This document shows positions 12,067-25,367 of a DNA stretch of 64,000 bases, piece after piece. The stretch is from Catajapyx aquilonaris. Lineage: Eukaryota. The notes beneath the pieces were generated by a model. The model saw only the letters and a list, made by a program, of their open reading frames with translations. It was not told the origin of the DNA and did no database searches. Every line of letters starts with the position of its first letter. Position 1 is the stretch's first letter. Location: positions 1-64,000 of the forward strand of contig KZ538283.1 in assembly GCA_000934665.2 (NCBI GenBank), read 5' to 3'. Made by a program: the position numbers and the translations under genes.

Positions 12067-15000
12067 CTAGGGTGAGAGTTATGGAGAGGAGCTGTAAGGA
12101 TTTGAGAAAGGGCAGCACTAGGGGGAAACCTTTTTCAATAAAGAGCACGATATGGCGCAAAGTCAACACTAGAGTCGGGGGTAATTTGCTGGAGGTGGGC
12201 TGTCTCGTCTGCCGCCCAATTCTTCCCACCAGACTCCATCTTCTCAACTTTACGACCACCTTTTCATGGTGCTTAACAATATTTACCCACCCTGATCGAT
12301 GCCTGGCTTTTTCCCTAACCCACCACCACACCACCCACCCCCTTCTTTTTTTTGCCCCTATCCGCCTCGACATCTCGCTCAAGCTTAGGATACAAGCGTT
12401 CATAATTAATACGCATAAACGTGCTTGGCATTTTCAGAGGAAAAATAATCCCAAGCCGCAGGGGGGGGGGGGTGAAAGTGAGCAATCTTAGACGTGACTT
12501 GTGGCTCACACTTTGGTGAACCAAAGATGCTGCAGGGCATTGGTGTTTCAAGCCGGATGGCAGGTGTTTTGTTGACGGAAGCTGGCACATGTGGAGAGGG
12601 GTCAAAAATGCTCCTTTTACATCCGTGACACATGTTACCTGTTTCTGTTTGCAACACCTGCTGAGTCGTTGCACGTGGCGCCAGTGTGTACTCCACAAAA
12701 TGCGACCTTTTTTTTTAGTGTTTACAGTTCTCAAACGAGACCCATTACAGCGCCACCGCATTTATTTACACGCGTATTTTCCTTCCAGGCTTTTTTTTTT
12801 AAAAAAAAAACCCTAAGGCAATGAAATATCTTATTAGCGTTTTACGACGCGATAACGTCTGAGAGGACAAATTAATTTAAAGTTGTGCTATTCCCAGTTG
12901 TGGCGACACGTGCTAGGCCCATATCTGACACTGCTTACATGAAATGAGTTTTAAGGAAAATTAGTGGTTTCAATTAGGGGGGGTCCTGTCGTCAACAAGG
13001 CCTGTGCAACAACAAATTCTGCATTATTAGTACTATACAGACGACTTAACCTAACAATTCATCAGGCGCACAGAAAATCATTACACGTATCCACAGATCT
13101 TTAAAATATTTTTATTCCCAAAATTCTCAAGTGCATCGCTTCCATTTTGTTTACATGTCCTCTCCGAACCATCCCAGACAGTTTGAACCCGCACTTGAGA
13201 AGTTAATACACACACCAGTCAAACACGAACACCCAAACATGATTACAATTTTCCAGAGGCAAAGTTAGGTCCTTTCTCCCCTACTCTAGCCCAGACCTCC
13301 CCAGCCAAAAAGTCAGCCCATGATTTATTAATTCCCATTGTAATGTACGCACACAGCAGTGCGTCATAATATACACAGGGTGGCTCATTGCCCAAGTACA
13401 TTTCCGCATTAATGCAAGTTGTTAACACTAGAAACCAACCTGAAAGTTGCTTGTAACGGGTCAGGTTGTTGGGGGTACATTAGGCATTACATTTTTTTTA
13501 TTTCTAGCTTTTATTTTCTGGAGGTGGGTAGTGTGCCGCAAGTCTTGGGGTGGATGTACCATCCTGTAGGTAGAAGCTTTTGGCATCATCACGCGGGAGT
13601 GTAATAAAGTTTCGAACGCGTGCTCGTGGGAGGCTGGTTGCCAGCTCCCCGTGGCTCTTTACACCCCGTTACCAAGCCTGCTGGATGGATCATATCCATG
13701 TGAAAGCGAGTGGATTAACCCGCTGTCTGTGGGAAAAAAGAGCTGCCAAATTGATAGGGAGAGGGGGGGGGGGTGCCCGCCTTTTGCGACCTTAATTACC
13801 TCGGAGCAAAACCTAAGAACTAAGCTAACTTTTTTATTATTTTCTCCCCTGACATTTAGCCCAGGTATTGCACACTCATGTTGCAGCAGGAAAAGCCGTG
13901 ATGAAATATTCAGACCAGAGCAATTTGACCCGCCCGCACCTACGCAATGGCACCAAACATAAATAGTTTCATAACATTCCCCCGTTGTTTCCCGATGCCA
14001 TAAATAGTCTATAGCCTGTAGGCCTAATTACCCAGTTTGTGGATGCGAGCTTGGACCCAGCGCGGTTTGGTTTCCGCGCGACACAAAAGCCATTTCACAA
14101 ATGCTATGCTGTTGTATGAACGGTGCACGTCACTATATTAGATTTGAGGAGTACCGTGACCCCCCGAGTAATTCTATATTGGACATAACAGTGTCCATCC
14201 AACCATAGTCGTCGATTTGTTAGCAATTCCGCCTCCAGACACACAAATAGGTTGAAGATCGAAGTCGATGTTCCAAAGGAGGGGTGGTCCACGCCCCCTT
14301 TTCTTGGTGACGACTGAGCTTCCTCGCCAAGTGAAACGGTCTGTGAAATTGTGAACGTCTCCGGGGACCGGCAACCGCCGCCATATACTATCTTCCCTCA
14401 ACTATTTTATTGGGCTTCTGGGGCGATTCTGCTTTCTTATGCATATAACCTCCTGAGATTGACACGTCCACGCATCAAGGTTAACCCACCCATCAAATGA
14501 ACCCTTTAATTAAAGAGTCACACCTGAATTGTTATGGGACCGCAGAAAGTTTCCTTTCCAAGCAAAGGGGGGTTGTATATTAGAAAGGACCACAGGAGAC
14601 CATAATGGAATATATGCCCAACACAACGGATGGCAATTTGAGCATTCAGTCCTGTGGATGACGTTTCATCTCCTCCGCTGCCCACGTCCCCCATTACCCA
14701 ACGCTTGCTCATTAGCAAAAGTCTGGCCACTAGCTATTGGCAACCCGCTGCTGGAACACTCACTCTCTTACGTATAAATACCACTCGCTGAGATTCAGAG
14801 TGGGGAAACATGGACGGAAGAAGAAAACAGTATAATTGTTGCGGGGAACCAAAACCTGAGAGTTCTGGGCTTCAAACCACATGCTATACCAAACACCATT
14901 TATTTTATTTAATTTATTACTCTTTAGTAGGGATAAATAAAACGCCGAGTTACGGAATTTATCCTTACTATTCAGAGCCACACATGCTCCTCCCATGTTC

Positions 15001-16235
15001 GAAGGTCAGCCTGACTTACAGGATAAGGATAAAATAATGTCGTATTATTAAAGATGAGCTCTATTTATCTTAACTATTCTGCGCTAATGATGCGACTCTT
15101 ATGCTCAAAGGTCATACTGCGATGTAGTTAATAAATTTACTATTACTGCTCTTACGTACAGCTAGTTTGAAAATACTTGCTGCATTGAATCCATAAGTGC
15201 TTCCTTTTCTCTGATTCTTTCAGGTTATGTACCGTACAGGGTAGTGCACTATCCTGCATGCGTATGAAGCTGTGTGGGCGGACTTCATGTTACCTGAGAG
15301 GCTGTGAATAATCAAGTAATGGAAAATCAGTTCTGCGCCAGCATTTATTATGGAAAAGCCCCTTGCTTTGTACTGTACGTCCCCGCGTCAAAAAAAAGCA
15401 ACATAATTTGGGAATTTTTTGCTGGCTGCAAAAAATGAATGAATCAATTATTTACAACCGTGCCTACATATGATGCCCGTCCTGGTTGTCAGCGTAATAC
15501 GGTTTACGTGAGCGTAAACGTGGCACAGAAAAAAAAGGAGAGAGGACAGGTTTTCAGACATTTTGTGGGCAATTTCATGACATATTTCTGCAGGTCTTTT
15601 TTGGTTTTTTATTTTTAACTCCCCTAGGGAAGTGATTACCACCGCTGCTTTTATAGGTCCTTCAAACTTGATATTTACCGTAACATTAGGGCTCATTCGT
15701 CCAACCTGAATATTTCATGAAAAGGCATCTCTTAGCCCGACTCTTCTTGTCAAGGAAGTTTTTAAAAAAGGTCCCTGAGTGTGATGGCACAAAAGGAGAA
15801 GTGGTTGAAGCAAAAGAATCCTGGTCCTGTAATTATTTCCCAGACTGCGGCCTCAAGAGGATGCTGGATTCACGAGCCTGCCAACGCTAATTACACTGTC
15901 GTTACGCCGGTAATTCATCCGCTCGTTTTAACCCCCCCCCCCCATACCGCAAAAATATTCGCCCGTAAATGGGGGGTACCCCCTGAGGTAAATATTTATT
16001 CTCTGGGCCCCAGTCTATACGTGCAAACGGCAATATTAATGGAGGGGGCAGATGAGAAAAAGGCGGATTGCCCCCCTCATAAAACCGGGGCACTCAAAGT
16101 CTTCCAGTGCCATTACTGAAGGGCAATAACGCCCCCTGGGAGCGGGCCATGTATTTTTGTCGAATCGGAATTGCGAACCACCAACGAATCGAACCAGTCA
16201 CTGCTACTTTTGGAAGAAAATAAAAAAATCGCAGG

Positions 16236-16711
16236 TATATACTGTAGCGAACGCAACCGAGTGCGCACACAGTTCGCGCAGCATTATCAATGAACTTTGG
16301 TAAGCTCTCTTCACTTATTTCCAACGCTACAGTACTTTAAACGAAAGAATGGTCTGACGTCACGTTCAGCACACCTCCACCCGGCTCTCCACACGACTTC
16401 TGAGCATGCGCAGCAGAGTGATTCGGGGAAGTGATGTGAGGGAAGAGCCGGGTGGAGGCGTGCTGAACGTGACGTCAGACCATTCTCTCGTTTAAAGGAC
16501 TGTAGCGTTGGAAGAGAGAATGGTCGACCATTCTCTCGTTTAAAGGATTCTGGGCTATACTATTAAGAGGAAAACAATGTGGCTGACGTTTGCGACGTTG
16601 TCAAACTCCTGGAACGAACCTTTACATGGAGCAGCTCTGGCAACGTTGGAGCTGCGCGAGTGTGGGTGCGCACTCGGTTGAGCGCGTAAAAAATTCACCC
16701 ATAGTACTATA
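16236..16711. mobile_element. MITE family A, copy 2 (host of a nested foldback element)
   Basis: caaccgagtgcgcacacagttcgcgcagc (from about 16254) is an imperfect inverted repeat of gctgcgcgagtgtgggtgcgcactcggttg (about 16651-16680). The same termini occur at 2963-3206, and both copies end in ACTATA on the right. Confidence 0.75.
16319..16513. mobile_element. Foldback MITE with about 70-bp near-perfect inverted arms
   Basis: ttccaacgctacagtactttaaacgaaagaatggtctgacgtcacgttcagcacacctccacccggctct pairs with 16444-16513 with few mismatches; spacer about 55 bp. Confidence 0.9.
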
Positions 16712-17260
16712 ATTTATTTTTCTTCTGAACCTGTGAGTAAAAGAATTTGTTGTTGGTCCAATCCCAAGTCATGCAATGAGGCGTAATTACACATGTGAAC
16801 AGTGCAGTTGAGTGGCTTATCCGGTTGTAATAAGCTACCAAACGCGCTTTGCATAGTGCGTAGATATCAGGGGGCAATAAACGTCAGGGTCCCAATTCAT
16901 TGATAGGGGGGGGGACACTAAGACGACCCCGGGTCGTTGCAGGGGGCACACCTCTTTTATGGTCGCCTCTGGTGTGATTGTGGCTGTTGGGTGGTGGCGG
17001 ATATGAGGAAAAGGGAGGGAGAGAGAGAGACTGGATCTCATCCCTCGTCTCTCTCCTCTCAGGAGAGCATTGTCCCAGCAGCCTCCTGGCTCATTTTGGG
17101 TCTCGCCATAATAATTGCCCCGACGCCTAATAAAATTTAGGGTGACGCTTGGCTCCCCTGGCGCCGTCCCCAAGACGCACACTTCATTTTATGACTTTGT
17201 TCCCCCCTTTTCCTCCCCAACTTGGGTTCATCCTGCGAGCTGGGCTTCCCTGCTACGAAG

Positions 17261-17366
17261 GCGAGGCTGAAGGCTTGCCTGGTTGACAGGAAGAAGACGT
17301 TGGTCACTAGATGGCTCCGGCATGTACAGAAGATGGGACGTGTTACGAAACAGTCGGTATAAAAGC
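17261..17366 (+). mobile_element. Probable RTE-clade LINE 3' fragment
   Basis: Translates ARLKACLVDRKKTLVTRWLRHVQKMGRVTKQ, resembling from memory the RTE post-RT C-terminal motif (LVDR....LRW.GHV.RM...R.TK.VY). Short and degenerate. Confidence 0.45.
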
Positions 17367-17595
17367 TTTCAACCTGTTATTAATTATTGATGTTGTTGCA
17401 TACACAATAGCTTGAGAGAGCAATCTCATAGGAATACAACAGTTTGCCCGTATCGTTTAAAATAAAATCTTCAGTGGTTCACTGTCGCATTGAATATATT
17501 TAATGCAGAATTAATAAGTTAAGAAAGTATATCGCTCAATATGATTTTGCATTGATACCAAATGCAAAATCGTCTCCATTTTTTGGGCGATATCA

Positions 17596-18103
17596 CAGTT
17601 GACTACGGATATAACAGACTTCAAGGGACCGAGAAAATAAGTCGGTTATAGCCAAATCGCCACTTTTCGTGCAACAAAAACACAAGATTTCTGCTTTTTA
17701 CATGTTTATAATACACACTACTGAATACTTATTCATGCAAAATCAGCTCACCCGTAATATAGGCAGGACCCCCCAAAAAATCCGTCATTTTCTTCTGCCG
17801 TCTCGTCCTTGCCAAATATGCCAGAAAAAATAATGATTTTGACAATTTCGGCAAGTGTTAGATCACTGACAGATGGGAAAATAATCCAATCTCCATTATT
17901 CAATGCTTTCACTCGTGCTGGGAAATGAGGCTGAGTAATCTAAAGCAGCCTATTTTCCCACCGAGGGACCAAGAAATGGTCTGTTATACCTTGGTTGAGG
18001 TGAGAATGAGTATGTTATATCAGGAGTAAGAAATACACATGGCCTTATATGTATAAGCCTTCGAGTCTGTTACAGCCTAGACCGTTATATTTGGATTCAA
18101 CTG
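17596..18103. mobile_element. pogo/Tigger-like MITE
   Basis: Left CAGTTGACTACGGATATAAC; right GTTATATTTGGATTCAACTG-TA. Subterminal gggacc..aaat..gtc.gttata motif occurs near both ends (about 17625 and 17965). Confidence 0.7.
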
Positions 18104-19193
18104 TAAATGTAAAATCCTGCCTCGAAGCTCGAACACACAGAGACGTACATTTTTGCATCCCTTACCATCAGTGAACGACCGAGCTGCGTAAAACGTACTA
18201 AACCCCAACAGGTTCACCACGTGTCGCCATAAAAATATGACGCGCCAGACAGTCATTGCGTAAGTGTCATTGAAGTGGCGCATTGCACCCTATATAGTAG
18301 CGCTTCCGAGACAAGTCAGAGGCCGCTTTTGTGGTACGTGTGTGTGTGTGGGGTGTCTGGATCCGGCGGCATCCAAACGTCGCGCACGGATACATTCCGA
18401 ATCCTTGAAGTTGGCAAAAGAGAGAGTTCAGATGCCCATTGCCCTCGGCTGCTGTCCTTGGCCATCTGAAGCCAGCCGCGCTCTTTTGCCTTTATCCACG
18501 GCCGCCGGATCGTTTTTCCCGGGCAAAGAACTCATTTGCTTACCAAGGGCAAGGGATGCTGTTGCACCCATCTATAGTATAAATACTATCCCCCCCAACT
18601 CTAGTCATCGATTTCTGCACGTGAAAAAGGGGGAAGTTGGCGAGGAATTACGCACGTTAACCACGGATGTGCATGCGTCTCACTCCGAATTCATAAGGCT
18701 TGGGTTTCTGACATGGTGAGATATGTGTTGGAAAGGGGGGGCCTCCACTGCCACCATCAGAGCGTGACTAAAGAGGTTTATCTTTTTATGTGCTTTGGTG
18801 TTTTCGGTCCTGAAGGGGGCTGAGATCCGTATCTAGGTGTCACGGTAATCACTGGCACGAGCAGGAGAGCTCGACGCCACAACCAACCGACAGGTTCACC
18901 AGTCGCTGTTTCCGTAAACATTTATATTTCGGTTTCATTACCGATTCCGCTGACACCTCATAAATTTATCGTTATTTAATAGAAACGTAAAGAATTTATT
19001 AACGATCCATTATGCATACATTGTGTCGGGTTATGGTGGCTAAAATGCAGTAGCGTCCGGTTTGATGCAAAATGTGCATGTGTGCCACTTTTAACATACT
19101 AGATAACTAGAGGGGGAAAAAACCCTCGCTTCGCTCTCATTTTTTTAAGGGCGCAGGCGCACTATAGAACAGCCACTCGGCTCGCCTTTTCTA

Positions 19194-19534
19194 CACTGTA
19201 AACCGCAAAACATTAAAAGAGCATAACTGGTGTGTTTCCCATTGAGCAGCAGTTTTTAATGCTCTTGTGATGCTTTTTTGTTGCTAAAAAGCATCATATG
19301 AGAGTTAGAAGAGTATTAAAAATCATGCTCCATGGGAGATGCTCTCATGTGAGGCTTTTTGTTGCTAAAAAGCATTTCCCATGGAAAATAATTTTTAATG
19401 CTTTTCTAACTCTCATGTGATGCTTTTTAGCAACAAAAAAGCATCGCAAGAGCATTATAAGAGCATTAAAAATAATCGATGCTTCATGGGAGACTCACCA
19501 GTGATGCTCTTCTAATGCTTTGTTATTTGCAGTG
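19194..19534. mobile_element. Foldback MITE with CACTG...CAGTG termini
   Basis: TA-CACTG...CAGTG-TA termini. Nearly the whole element is self-complementary (gtgatgcttttttgttgctaaaaagcatcatatgagagttagaa versus ttctaactctcatgtgatgctttttagcaacaaaaaagcatcgc) and built from gagcatt/aatgctc subrepeats. Confidence 0.88.
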
Positions 19535-19706
19535 TAGTTAGATGAAAAATGTATGTATGAGCAACCCAGTGTTTCTCACATCCTTGCACCTTACAACTGA
19601 CATGCCTTGGTGCACTTTGATAAACCGGATGCAATTTGGCCATTTTCGGCAGAGTGTGCCGGTTTCGTGCTATAATGAGCCGGAAAAATATTGCCTGCTG
19701 GCGGTC

Positions 19707-19737
<31 letters not shown>

Positions 19738-22700
19738 TTTTTTTGAAAATTTGATTCCTGAGGCTGTCCATGACTTGTGCTGGCCCATGACAGTACGTGT
19801 GATGTGGAAGTGAGCGATTAGATTAGTGTCACGAGCGATTCCCTCAGGTGATAGCGGAGAACCCAGCAGACAGCAGACCTGCACGAACGTTTTTGGTCTG
19901 TGGGAACATGAGCTGCGGGGGTTTTCTGGTCCAGGGGATCTGTGGGACACGTATATACTATAGAGAAGGGGAGGTACAAAAAGGGGGGGTCCCAAAAAGC
20001 AGCAACCAGAAGCGGCCAGCACGTGTCGGCTCGAGTCGGGCGACGACGTGAGAGGGCCAGTTGCAGCAGCACAGGAAAAGAGGCCGAGGGGAAGGTTGGA
20101 ATTAAAGTGTGTCACCGTCCCACAGGATAGGTGATCATTGTTTGTTTGTTTTTTGGTAGGAAGGAAGCGGTTCATGGCCACAGGTTTGCCAGCTGCTGTC
20201 CATCCGACTCAACTATTAGTTTATTGTCGCTGTAAGGCACGAGGCAAAAATGAGCACCATTACTGAAAGTATATGAAGTCAGCCATCCTTTGTCAATTAA
20301 GAAAAGCACGTGACTCATCGATAATGCCCGCAGGATGGGGATTAAAACTTTCAAGAAGTAATGAGGAGGAAAGAAACACGATTCTCTTTCCGTTCGGTAC
20401 CGCTTTTTTTAAAAAAAAGGGAAGAAAAAAAAGGTCATCATTTCCAGCGCTTCACTCCGGATGGTTAAAATGAAGGAAGTGTTATAAGAACAGCTAATTT
20501 TAGAACTCGTCAGGGAGAGGGAAATCCATTTATCATTGAGCGGGATAATATTCGGATGTAATTTGGGAGATACTTGCGTCAGATTATGCGTGTAAGGGCG
20601 GTGGGGGGTATAAGAATAAGAAAAAAAAGAAAGACGCCATTTTCAGAATCTGCTGATTGGACAAAACCGCCACATTCTCTTGTCCTTTTGTCTCACCGTG
20701 TATTTAATACGATCGTGATTAGGATCTACTGCCTCGTCCTATTATACCGGCGGAAACTCCTTTTCCTTGATCGATCTATCTCAGTCGTTATCTCGCGCTC
20801 TATTTGGTTATTAGGTTGAGCTGCTCGTATATATGCGTACAAAGAATAGTATCGTCGCCACCCACCACCCCTCGGCAAGTCATAAAGAAAGGAACTGACG
20901 TGGAGCAAGTAGACCCTGGTGCAGTATTAATACACGTCCATTAGGCCTACTCGTAAAAGTTAGGGAAAAGGCCCATTCGTTATGGGCCCCCTAGCAGTAT
21001 AATTGATCATTTATGGCATTTAATAAGAGCAGTAAAAGGCCTTAATAAGGGCAGTTAATTGGAACTAATATATTTACTTATGGAGTGGCGATCACGCCAT
21101 AGCTCCATCGAACGAAGCTGGGTGCACAGGTAATGATTGCGAAAGATTAAAGTGACAACTCCGCGAGATTTTGTCACGCGATGCTCACCGTTGCGACCCA
21201 ACATTTACTTCCAAAAAAGGGATGCTTTTAATTACTTGCCTTATTATTTACCGGCTACAAAACTTGGGGAGTGATTGTTACTACACATTTCCTTGCATAA
21301 ATAAAATGCATTCAGTGTGAATATGGCTATCACGCTTAAAACAATGCCACCAAAGAGGCAATAATATGCACTAGAGTGTGTAATAATACATGTGCATGAT
21401 GTTGCGCACTTAGGGGCGGATTGTCATAAAGCAAATTAAGAAAGGTTTTACACTGCTAAATAAGTCCTAAAGATTTCATAACGAGCCATGAAGCCAGGGT
21501 TGTGAAACTTGGCCCGTTTTTTTGGAGAGCGGATCAGGTAACTGTGAGTTAATAGAACTTGGCACCTTCTGGAAGTGGACCATTGCACAGGGTGGAAGGT
21601 TTATATACTGGAGGAAGTTGGTACAGAGAGAGGGCGACACCGGAAACACTTCTGGGGCGGGCGGGAAACGCTACAAGTGGAATCATATTGCCTTCTCCCG
21701 GAGGCGGAAAGAGGACTTGGACTACTATTGGGTCGAAGCTCTGGAGGGATTGGAGTGGGGGATGGCGGGAGGGGGGGGGGGGAAGGAAACTATCCTATTT
21801 CCCGCCACACATGGTTCAAATGCTGCCATGGCCACCGCCAAATTTCTTCCGACTGACATTTCCCCAGCCATGCGACGCTTTTCCTCTGCCGGGTTCGGAC
21901 CAAAGAGTGGATTCGGATTATTGCACCATTCGCTGTCATATAAAATTGGTGATCACACTATAAGGGAGGCCACATTCACGATTCATGATTGTTGCTGCCC
22001 TGCAACTGCTGGTATCTGGAGTCAAAAATAGTTTAAAATTCCAGTTTGAAACGCGAAGAATTAAATACAGCCAAACAAAAAAATTACCGTAGTTTCTCCA
22101 ATGAAAAATTCACAATATAAAATATATGTGAAAATAACTGATATATGCAATTTTATTAATAAAAATTACTGATATACGGTGTAGGCTATGCAACTTATAA
22201 AAATTATATATATGCAATTTATAAAATTAGCCCTACTAATACTATATAGATGACATAGACAAAATAACTAGTTTTAAAATTAAATTGTAATGGGTTGTAA
22301 TTTCTCAAAGAAAAATTAATGGACTTTTCCACCATTTTCCATATATTGGACTGTGTGGATTTGAGTTCAAATAATATTTTGATCATGAGAATAATTGCTA
22401 TAGTAAGAAGGGGAACAGTATCATTTAATTGTGAAGTGCAAGTTGCAACATGGTTTCTGCGGCTGACAGGTTTTACTACCACGTGCTGGGAGATTTGCTG
22501 TCATTGCCGCAGATTGCAGTCTGAGATTCATTGAATCGCGAACTTAAAACTTTTTGCTGGTCCCAGCGGGGGCTCTTGCTAATTAGGCTGCGAGCAACAC
22601 TGATTGTTGTTCAGGTCTGTTGGAGACAAATAAAGGTTGCATTTTTTTTCGCAAGACATTTCCCGCCAAAAACACCGGTTATATCACACGAGAGTCCAGG

Positions 22701-23676
22701 CAGCCTGCGCTTTCTGACCGAGACCTTGGCTCTTTTTCGGAGCCCTGAGCCATAGAGATCCCAAGGTCCTCTCAAGTGGGTGGTAATAATGAAACCTGGC
22801 CCTACATTATCGTGATTACCGCTCCGACCCCTTTTTATAAAGCGACACCCAGACCCATATTGCATTGTGTTGGCTGAGTGATGATACACTTTCCGAGCTC
22901 AGAAGGGCCTGACAACATCATTAAACGGAGGGTGCTGGCTGGCCTCTGGTGTTTATGTTCATCATGTTGTAAAGGCCACCGGGAAGTATGGTACGCTAAT
23001 TTCTTACCACTTTTTTTATCCAAATGTTCGGCGAGAAAGTTATGCAAATTTTAGTACGTGAGACCAATACGTAAACAGGAGCTTTTATGTAATTAGCACT
23101 AAAATTCCTCGTCCAAACAAAAAGCTCGTTAATTTCTCGTGCATTGTCTAGGACGCGACAAAGAAAACGACATGAAAGATTTTTTCCCCCCCCTTCTTCC
23201 TCGAAGGCCAAAAATATATGTTTCGCAGTGCGAATTGCGAGGCCTTGAATGAGGTCAAGTGCTTTGCGAGTGTAGTAAAGTCTGGTTTGGTGGCCAGGTG
23301 AGCAACTCCTCCTTACACAAGCTTGAGCGCAGGTGTCCGTGAAGCTTTCTCAAACGGGCCCGAGTTATTCCAGGTTTTCTCTGGGCTATGTGTGGTGGAC
23401 TGACCTCGAATCCTGATGACGCACTTCCCTCGAAGTCAAGTTGTAGAAACGGAGTCAAGGTCGAGGGCTTCCGCAAGGGCAAAGGACCTCTCGCAAAAAC
23501 CTGTGGGGTTGCCCATGTACGCCTTTTTTACCTGGAGTATTACGTACGTTCCTCTGTGGGACAGCTAAATTTAACTCACAGTTCGTGGAAATTCTCATGA
23601 GAAATATATTGAATATGTGGAATTCAATATAAGACACATATTTTGCAATAGTTGGCAATAATAATACGAGGCTACC

Positions 23677-24043
23677 TGAGGAGGTGAGATGCAAAGTGAT
23701 CAATGTTCAAAAATAATTTTTTTTGGAGATATGACTGGCATCATGTGAAGGAACTGCCAAGCTACATTCTAGTCCATTTGAAGTTGTCCGAAAAAAATTC
23801 GGGCAGAAGAAAAAATAGTTTCACATTTTCCAAATATTGCCTAAAGAATGGTTAATAACTCAGTAATTTTTGATGTCATCTCACAATTTCTTGCTGCTAA
23901 ATAGTCCTCTGGTCAGCACTGATAACATATCCCACAGTATGCACCACAAACAGTAAGTAAATCGAAATGGCCGTATCAGAAAATCAGCTCTCCTGAAAAT
24001 TCCTTCTATCTCGAGATAGATCACTTTGCATTTCACCTCGTCA
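23677..24043. mobile_element. MITE candidate with about 25-bp inverted termini
   Basis: tgaggaggtgagatgcaaagtgatc versus right-end reverse complement tgacgaggtgaaatgcaaagtgatc (2 mismatches); AT-rich interior. Confidence 0.65.
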
Positions 24044-25122
24044 TGCTGCTGCTGGCTGTTGTTTGATCTACGTCGAAATAATTTTTGACGTTTCTGTGTA
24101 TATCTCGTGTATTTTGGCGAGCGTGAGACGTAGACTGGAGTGTGACCATCGCAAAAATAATAAAATAATAAAAATAAAATAAAAACGTAGGTGCATGCAA
24201 ATAGCGTGCATCAACCTCCCCCAACTTCCTGCTATCCTTTTCGGTTCCGGTGCAAGGAGTAAGTTTAACCATTCGTGCAGCCACGCACAAAAACTGGTCT
24301 CGTTTCCTCTCGCACACATCCAGCCACTACTCACTCCGTGAGAGTACGGTCAGTGTGTAATCCGTTGCAAAAATACGCCGGAACTTGGTCCGTACTCTTC
24401 CATCATCGTTGGATTTGACCTTTTGGCAGCTGATCCCCCAGAAGGCAAAAGGACGCTAATTAGTGATGGCCATTGTGTCTCGAAGGAGCAGCTACCGTGC
24501 ACGACCACTCTTCTGGAACATCCTTTTTTTATATATAGCCACTCAGTAAGGAGCCACTAAAAAGTGCTCCTTAAAAAGTGATACGGCTCAAGTTGACAGA
24601 CCCTAACCTATTGACCTTATAGGACTGCTGGAAGAAGAAGAAGAAGAGAAAAAAAAACTTGTAATATTGTCCTTTCGTGTCGTATTTCTTGGTCCCGGAT
24701 ACAGTTTCATCCACTTCCGTTCCGTCTGCTCCCAGATATCCTTTTCTTTTATTGGTCCCTTGCTTTCTGTATACACTTCCCACGTATTATTGACATAACT
24801 GTAATGGGAAAGAAGCTCAGATTGCCAGCCCTCGAGGGCCGGGATTCGTTTCTATACGTCGTAGGAAACTTCTTCCCAGGAGGAAAATGGGCGCAACGTT
24901 TATTTATATCCTTGTGTACATATCCCCGTAATAATGTTGGCAGATAAGCACGTTGACTTCCTCCATTATTAATTGAAGCCTTAAAGTACGGCCGATATCA
25001 CGTGTAGAAATGGCTAGGCGTGATTTTCGACTCATCACCAAAGTGCATTTAGTTACCGTAATTACCACGTGGAGTGGGAGTAGTGCGTGCCATCTGGTTG
25101 TGGCATATCATAATACACTGGG

Positions 25123-25367
25123 CAGTGTTGCCAAATTTTGTCATACCGTACGTAGTATAATTGACAGTTTTTCAATATTTTCACCATATCGGCCAATAAG
25201 CGACCAAAATTTAAAATTTACGAGATTCTTCAATTGCACACAAATCTCAAAATGATCTATGTCATGCGTGGTTGTTTTTTCGTCTTCTTTTTATTTTTTT
25301 ATTATTTTTTTCGAAAGGGGGTCGTAGACATTCTGTGCAGGCCAGTAATTTGGAGGGTGGCAACATG
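25123..25367. mobile_element. MITE candidate with CAGTGTTGCCA-type ends
   Basis: cagtgttgcca at 25123 and tggcaacatg at 25358-25367. The TIR is short and no TSD was verified. Confidence 0.35.

Noticed and set aside
12650..12720. LINE-like peptide RILWSTHWRHVQRL (minus strand)
   Set aside because: Too short, with no supporting flanking motifs.
16100..16114. 15-nt match to the miR-263a 5' end (AATGGCACTGGAAGA, minus strand)
   Set aside because: The 3' part diverges and no pre-miRNA-length hairpin forms; at most a chance match or a target site.
24335..24432. Minus-strand exon candidate (..GRVRTKFRRIF..|GTGAGT)
   Set aside because: The donor is present but the acceptor is poor, and the resemblance to a homeodomain N-terminal arm is superficial.
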